In this document: piece after piece, positions 59,592 to 64,000 of the stretch
Layout of the letters: each line of letters begins with the position of its first letter
Position numbering within the stretch: position 1 is the stretch's first letter
Origin: Macrostomum lignano
Taxonomy: Eukaryota
DNA length: 64,000 bases
Assembly: GCA_002269645.1 (NCBI GenBank)
Contig: NIVC01001272.1
Location: forward strand, 1 to 64,000
Direction: 5' to 3'
Notes under the pieces: generated by a model
The model's input: only the letters and a program-made list of their open reading frames with translations
Databases searched by the model: none
What the model was told of the DNA's origin: nothing
Position numbers and translations under genes: made by a program

Positions 59592-60207
59592 TTTTACCTG
59601 TGCGCCGCATATGGACTGAAATAAAAGTGCAGAATGTAATGGCATGCGAAAAATGATGGCATTTAGAGGGTAATAATTAATAGCTTTACCTGTGCGCCGC
59701 ATATGGACTGAAATAAAAGTGCAGAATGTAATGGCATGCGAAAAATGATGGCATTTAGAGGGTAATAATTAATAGCTTTACCTGTGCGCCGCATATGGAC
59801 TGAAATAAAAGTGCAGAATGTAATGGCATGCGAAAAATGATGGCATTTAGAGGGTAATAATTAATAGCTTTACCTGTGCGCCGCATATGGACTGAAATAA
59901 AAGTGCAGAATGTAATGGCATGCGAAAAATGATGGCATTTAGAAGGTAATAATTAATAGCTTTACCTGTGCGCCGCATATGGACTGAAATAAAAGTGCAG
60001 AATGTAATGGCATGCGAAAAATGATGGCATTTAGAGGGTAATAATTAATAGCTTTACCTGTGCGCCGCATATGGACTGAAATAAAAGTGCAGAATGTAAT
60101 GGCATGCGAAAAATGATGGCATTTAGAAGGTAATAATTAATAGCTTTACCTGTGCGCCGCATATGGACTGAAATAAAAGTGCAGAATATAATGGTGTGCG
60201 AAAAATG
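59592..60207. repeat. 92-bp tandem repeat x~6.6 downstream of the MULE ORF
   Basis: TGTGCGCCGC recurs at 59599, 59691, 59783 and onward; near-identical copies. Confidence 0.95.
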
Positions 60208-60324
60208 ATAATGAGGGAGCTATTTGCTAAGCAAGCAATGAATTGAGATTTATAACTCGATTTAAGTAAAATGGTTAATTATTAAAAGTTTCCACTTGAA
60301 TCAGGCAAAACGGAGAGATCGCGA

Positions 60325-62184
60325 TCAATTCTGCTGCGCATCATTCTCGCCCTCTTGCTGCCATCCAGGTTGCGCATGAATATGGCTGCAGGCCCGGAGA
60401 AATGCTGCAATCGACATAGTGCCCTCTCTCAGGTGTCGGCAGAATGTCTCAAAGCAGACATTCACTCGCGCGTACCTAGCATGTACTTGCTGGTGGTGCG
60501 TGACAGCTTGGCCTTGATGAACTTGCTGCAGCAGACGTTGCACCCGCTCTGCATCACGCTGAAGCAGGGTCAGCAGAAGATAGAAATTAAGCGCTTTCTC
60601 TCCACGCTTGTTGAGCTGCGCGTGCCAAGCCTCCACGGCATTGTTCGTCCTTGTGAACCGCTCAAAGACGCAAATGGCATCCCGGTCCCACACAGGGTGC
60701 TGTAGCCAGGTTGCACGCACGTATTCCGTTAGCTCTAGAAGGCGCTGATTCTCTCCTGCCATTGCAGTGCAGGCTGCAAGGCCATCTAGCATGCAAGGAG
60801 CCGGCAGACAAGGAATCGAAAGCAGCATGCGTACTAATAACTTTACCGCAGGGGAAGTCGCATACTGCACCTGCAATCCAAGAGACTGGACTCGCCTGAA
60901 AACAGCCTGGCAGTAATGAAAAAAGCAGCCACGAACTTGGGCTGCTGGATAAACTAGCCGAATGGCTTGCCAGGCGGCCGACTCAAAGTCGCAGATAAAT
61001 TGGACAGGTGCATTACCAGTCAACTCCCATACCTGCCGGAAGCAGGCTTGGTAGTCAGCCTGAGCCTTACCTGACATCAGAAAGAATGCCAGTGGTACCA
61101 GACGCTCTTGATTGTCGCAGCGAATGGCTCCATGAAGGCTGTACAGCTGCATGAAAGGCGCCTTGACAATGCCGAATGTGCCATCGCAGTGCAGAATGCG
61201 TCGTGTGGACAGGATCTCCCGTTGTGTCGCAGACATGAAGACAAAGTGCCGTCCATTTGTCTCTGGCACAGTAACGTCCTGCAAATGGAACTCTGGGGGC
61301 ACGTGCTCGGGATCAACCTGAAAATGGATGTTAGCTGGCTCCGCGGGGCGGCTTTTTTTACGAGAATAATTAGCATTGCGACTTAAGGAATCTATATTAA
61401 TCACTGCCTGCACTTCTTGGGGGAGCTCTCTTACTTTCTCCTCAGCGATGATGCGAGCAGATTTGAATGGCGCTCGCTTTGCTTCCGCTTTTACCTGAGC
61501 TGCAATACGTCGTTTTTTAACTGGCTGATCGACTGGATCGCAGGTGTGCTCTTTCAAGGCTTCAATGGTTCCGTCTTGTCGCTTGACGGCTGAGCCCAGG
61601 CATTTCGGTGCAGTTTTGTTGCAACGGTAGTAAGTGTTGCCGTTTCGCCGGCTCTTGACATGCATCAAGCGGCCAAGATCACGCCTGACGTACTGCACCA
61701 GCAAGTCTTTGCCGTGGCTGAATCCAGCACCTGGAAAATGCTCAAAAGCCTGCGGAGGTGGGCTACGAGGCGGCGCCAACTCTGCTGGAGGCTCGTGAAT
61801 TGATTCTTCGAGCACAGGTTCAGCGTCAGCGAAATCGGGATACTGAAATAAAAACCTCTCTTCCACTTCTACATGAGGGACTGGAAGCAATGGCTCCTCT
61901 AGGTCAATAGGCTCACCACCTGGTCCTGATCCTGGAAAGGTTGGTGGCACAGTAGCTGCTGGGGCAGCTGAGGGTGCAGATGAAGGCACACCTGTAGTTG
62001 GCCTAAGGCATCGGTTGCACAGCCAGAAAAACTCGCGTACACGTTTCATCGCAGCGTACTGCTCCGGTGTAACGCGACTGTTACACGCACGATGCTGCCA
62101 TTCGCTACACTGCGAGCACTCAATGGCTTCTTCTCCATTGACAACAGGCTGTACACACACTACACATGGGTATGCACCTGCCAT
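60325..62184 (-). CDS. Mutator-like (MULE) transposase with N-terminal PHD finger and FLYWCH-like domain, 619 aa
   Basis: C..C...IEC..C..WQH..C...W.C..C PHD; TYYRC....C.G...H zinc finger; LHCDGTF, FICDFE.A...AI, GCFFHYCQA and RTNNAVEAWH MULE motifs. Confidence 0.9.
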   Translation of the reverse strand: MAGAYPCVVCVQPVVNGEEAIECSQCSEWQHRACNSRVTPEQYAAMKRVREFFWLCNRCLRPTTGVPSSAPSAAPAATVPPTFPGSGPGGEPIDLEEPLLPVPHVEVEERFLFQYPDFADAEPVLEESIHEPPAELAPPRSPPPQAFEHFPGAGFSHGKDLLVQYVRRDLGRLMHVKSRRNGNTYYRCNKTAPKCLGSAVKRQDGTIEALKEHTCDPVDQPVKKRRIAAQVKAEAKRAPFKSARIIAEEKVRELPQEVQAVINIDSLSRNANYSRKKSRPAEPANIHFQVDPEHVPPEFHLQDVTVPETNGRHFVFMSATQREILSTRRILHCDGTFGIVKAPFMQLYSLHGAIRCDNQERLVPLAFFLMSGKAQADYQACFRQVWELTGNAPVQFICDFESAAWQAIRLVYPAAQVRGCFFHYCQAVFRRVQSLGLQVQYATSPAVKLLVRMLLSIPCLPAPCMLDGLAACTAMAGENQRLLELTEYVRATWLQHPVWDRDAICVFERFTRTNNAVEAWHAQLNKRGEKALNFYLLLTLLQRDAERVQRLLQQVHQGQAVTHHQQVHARYARVNVCFETFCRHLREGTMSIAAFLRACSHIHAQPGWQQEGENDAQQN

Positions 62185-62444
62185 TTTAATGATATTTCTT
62201 GATCAAAAACTATTTAAGCTCCGATATCAGATAATCAGTTTTTATTGTATAGATATGCTATTCTAATACAATTATAGATAAACAGAAAATTCAAATTCGG
62301 GGCCGTATCAGTGGAGGATAACTGCTATTTGATGAGCGCCCAGCCAATGAGAGTTCTGGCATTTTTGGAAGAGCGTTTCTTACCCACTGTTTCACCCACT
62401 GTTTCACCCACTGTTTCACCCACTGTTTCTCACCCATTGTTTCT

Positions 62445-63008
62445 CGGAGAGTGGATAGAGAGTGAGAGTGGAGAGAGGGTGAGAGTTGAAAGAGAGGCTG
62501 AAAGTGGAGAGAGGGTGAGAGTTGAAAGAGACTGAGAGTAGAGGCTGAGAGTAAAGAGAGGCTGAAAGTGGAGAGAGGGTGAGAGTAGAGGGAGGGTGAG
62601 AGTGGAGAGAGGGTGAGAGTGGAGAGAGGGTGAGAGTGGAGAGAGAGTGAGAGTGGAGAGAGGGTGAGAGTGGAGAGAGGGTGAGAGTGGAGAGAGGGTG
62701 AGAGTGGAGAGAGAGTGAGAGTAGAGAGAGGGTGAGAGTTGAAAGAGAGGCTGAAAGTGGAGAGAGGGTGAGAGTTGAAAGAGACTGAGAGTAGAGGCTG
62801 AGAGTAAAGAGAGGCTGAAAGTGGAGAGAGGGTGAGAGTAGAGGGATGGTGAGAGTGGACAGAGGGTGAGAGTGGAGAGAGGGTGAGAGTGGAGAGAGGG
62901 TGAGAGTGGAGGGAGGGTGAGAGTGGAGGGAGGGTGAGAGTGGAGAGAGGGTGAGAGTGGAGAGAGGGTGAGAGTGGAGAGAGGGTGAGAGTGGAGAGAG
63001 TGTGAGAG
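62445..63008. repeat. 17-bp GA-rich minisatellite (GGGTGAGAGTGGAGAGA)n, preceded by (CTGTTTCACCCA)x4 at 62386-62434
   Basis: Direct periodicity. Confidence 0.92.
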
Positions 63009-63154
63009 AATTAAAGAGAGACCTCGAGCAGCAGTGTCGGAAAATATTTCAAAGTGGGGGGGGGCTATTGTTGGGAGGGCACATTGCACATAATTTCTTT
63101 TAATCTAAGGGCACCCAAACTCCTGATGTTAGCTATATCAGTTTGTGAAATTGT

Positions 63155-63730
63155 CCTCTCCTCTCCTCTCCTCTCCTCTCCTCTCCTCTCCTCTCCTCTC
63201 CTCTCCTCTCCTCACCTATCTCCTCTCCTCTCCTCTCCTCTCCTCTCCTCTCCTCTCCTCTCCTCTCCTCTCCTCTCCTCTCCTCACCTATCTCCTCTCC
63301 TCTCCTCTCCTCTCCCTCCTCTCCTCACCTATCTCCTCTCCTCTCCTCTCCTCTCCTCTCCTCTCCTCTCCTCTCCTCTCCTCTCCTCTCCTCTCCTCTC
63401 CTCTCCTCTCCTCACCTATCTCCTCTCCTCTCCTCTCCTCTCCTCTCCTCTCCTCTCCTCTCCTCACCTATCTCCTCTCCTCTCCTCTCCTCTCCTCTCC
63501 TCTCCTCTCCACTCTTCTCTGTTCTCTCCTCTCATCTCTCCTCTCTTATCATCTCCTCTCCTCTCTTAGCTCGTATCAGCTCTCATCTCCCTTTTCCTCT
63601 CCATTCTCTTCTCCCTTCCCTCGTTCTCTCCTCTCTCTTATATCTCGACTCTCCTCATTCATCTCCCCTCTCCTATTTTATCTCTTTTCTCGTCTACTCT
63701 CTTCTCCTTTATTCCCTAGCCTCTCCCTTC
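63155..63730. repeat. (CTCTC)n microsatellite decaying into a pyrimidine-rich tract
   Basis: Direct; source of the SSPLL ORFs. Confidence 0.95.
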
Positions 63731-63827
63731 TCTTGCCTGCAATCATCAGGGACTCCTGGGCACGTTTCGCTTAGGGGCCCACGGAAGCAGACCCAGAAGG
63801 GCAGTCATTGCGCCACGCTAGGTTCTT

Positions 63828-63864
63828 AATCTGGCCCTTGAGGTAAAAAGTTTGCTGACCCCTG
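63828..63864. mobile_element. Single hAT/Charlie-like terminus related to the 1586-1837 MITE
   Basis: GGCCCTTGAGGTAAAAAGTTTGCTGACCCCTG versus GGCCCTTGAAATAAAAAGTTTGTCGACCCTG; partner end and TSD not found. Confidence 0.45.
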
Positions 63865-64000
63865 CACTAAAAGCACTAGGCTTAGGCACATTAGATAAAA
63901 CTGTAGTGAATGGGATTGAGAACAACATTAACTATTATATCAGCCCTTAGCTTCCAAGACTCAGAAAAGCCAAAGCCGAAAACCGGCCGACACTTGCTTA

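Noticed and set aside
62311-63774. Long L/S/P-rich ORFs
   Set aside because: Translations of the 17-bp and CTCTC satellites.

Overview
Eukaryotic (metazoan) genomic DNA: spliced genes with GT-AG introns, GC-rich exons, AT-rich intergenic DNA and many transposons and tandem repeats. The style suggests a flatworm such as Macrostomum, but that is inference only. Host genes: (1) a Crumbs-type EGF/laminin-G membrane protein on the minus strand (ATG 10155, 8 exons down to the TM exon at 686, tail outside the window) with several apparent frameshifts, most of which I can model as homopolymer under-calls; (2) an SVOP-like pseudogene; (3) an intact 4-exon MFSD4/NAGLT1-like transporter; (4) a secreted WSC+PAN protein; (5) an intronless protein of 20 ankyrin-length repeats, nearly all with a Cys-Cys pair. 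Mobile DNA: a three-tier nest (non-autonomous CMC/EnSpm-type element 12748-29098 > young Ty3/gypsy 12853-26646 > PIF/Harbinger 21575-26411 inside the 3' LTR); an apparently autonomous CACTA/EnSpm-type element (46989-56093) with a 6-exon BEN-like accessory gene and a nested Gag+integrase-only LTR element; a PHD-FLYWCH-MULE transposase; MITEs and SINEs. Best novelty candidates: a cold-shock domain between the zinc knuckle and protease of the gypsy polyprotein, the BEN-like partner gene of the CACTA element, and the RT-less LTR element whose deletion junction forms a UUU_CGA +1 frameshift motif. All calls were made by eye; no searches were run.
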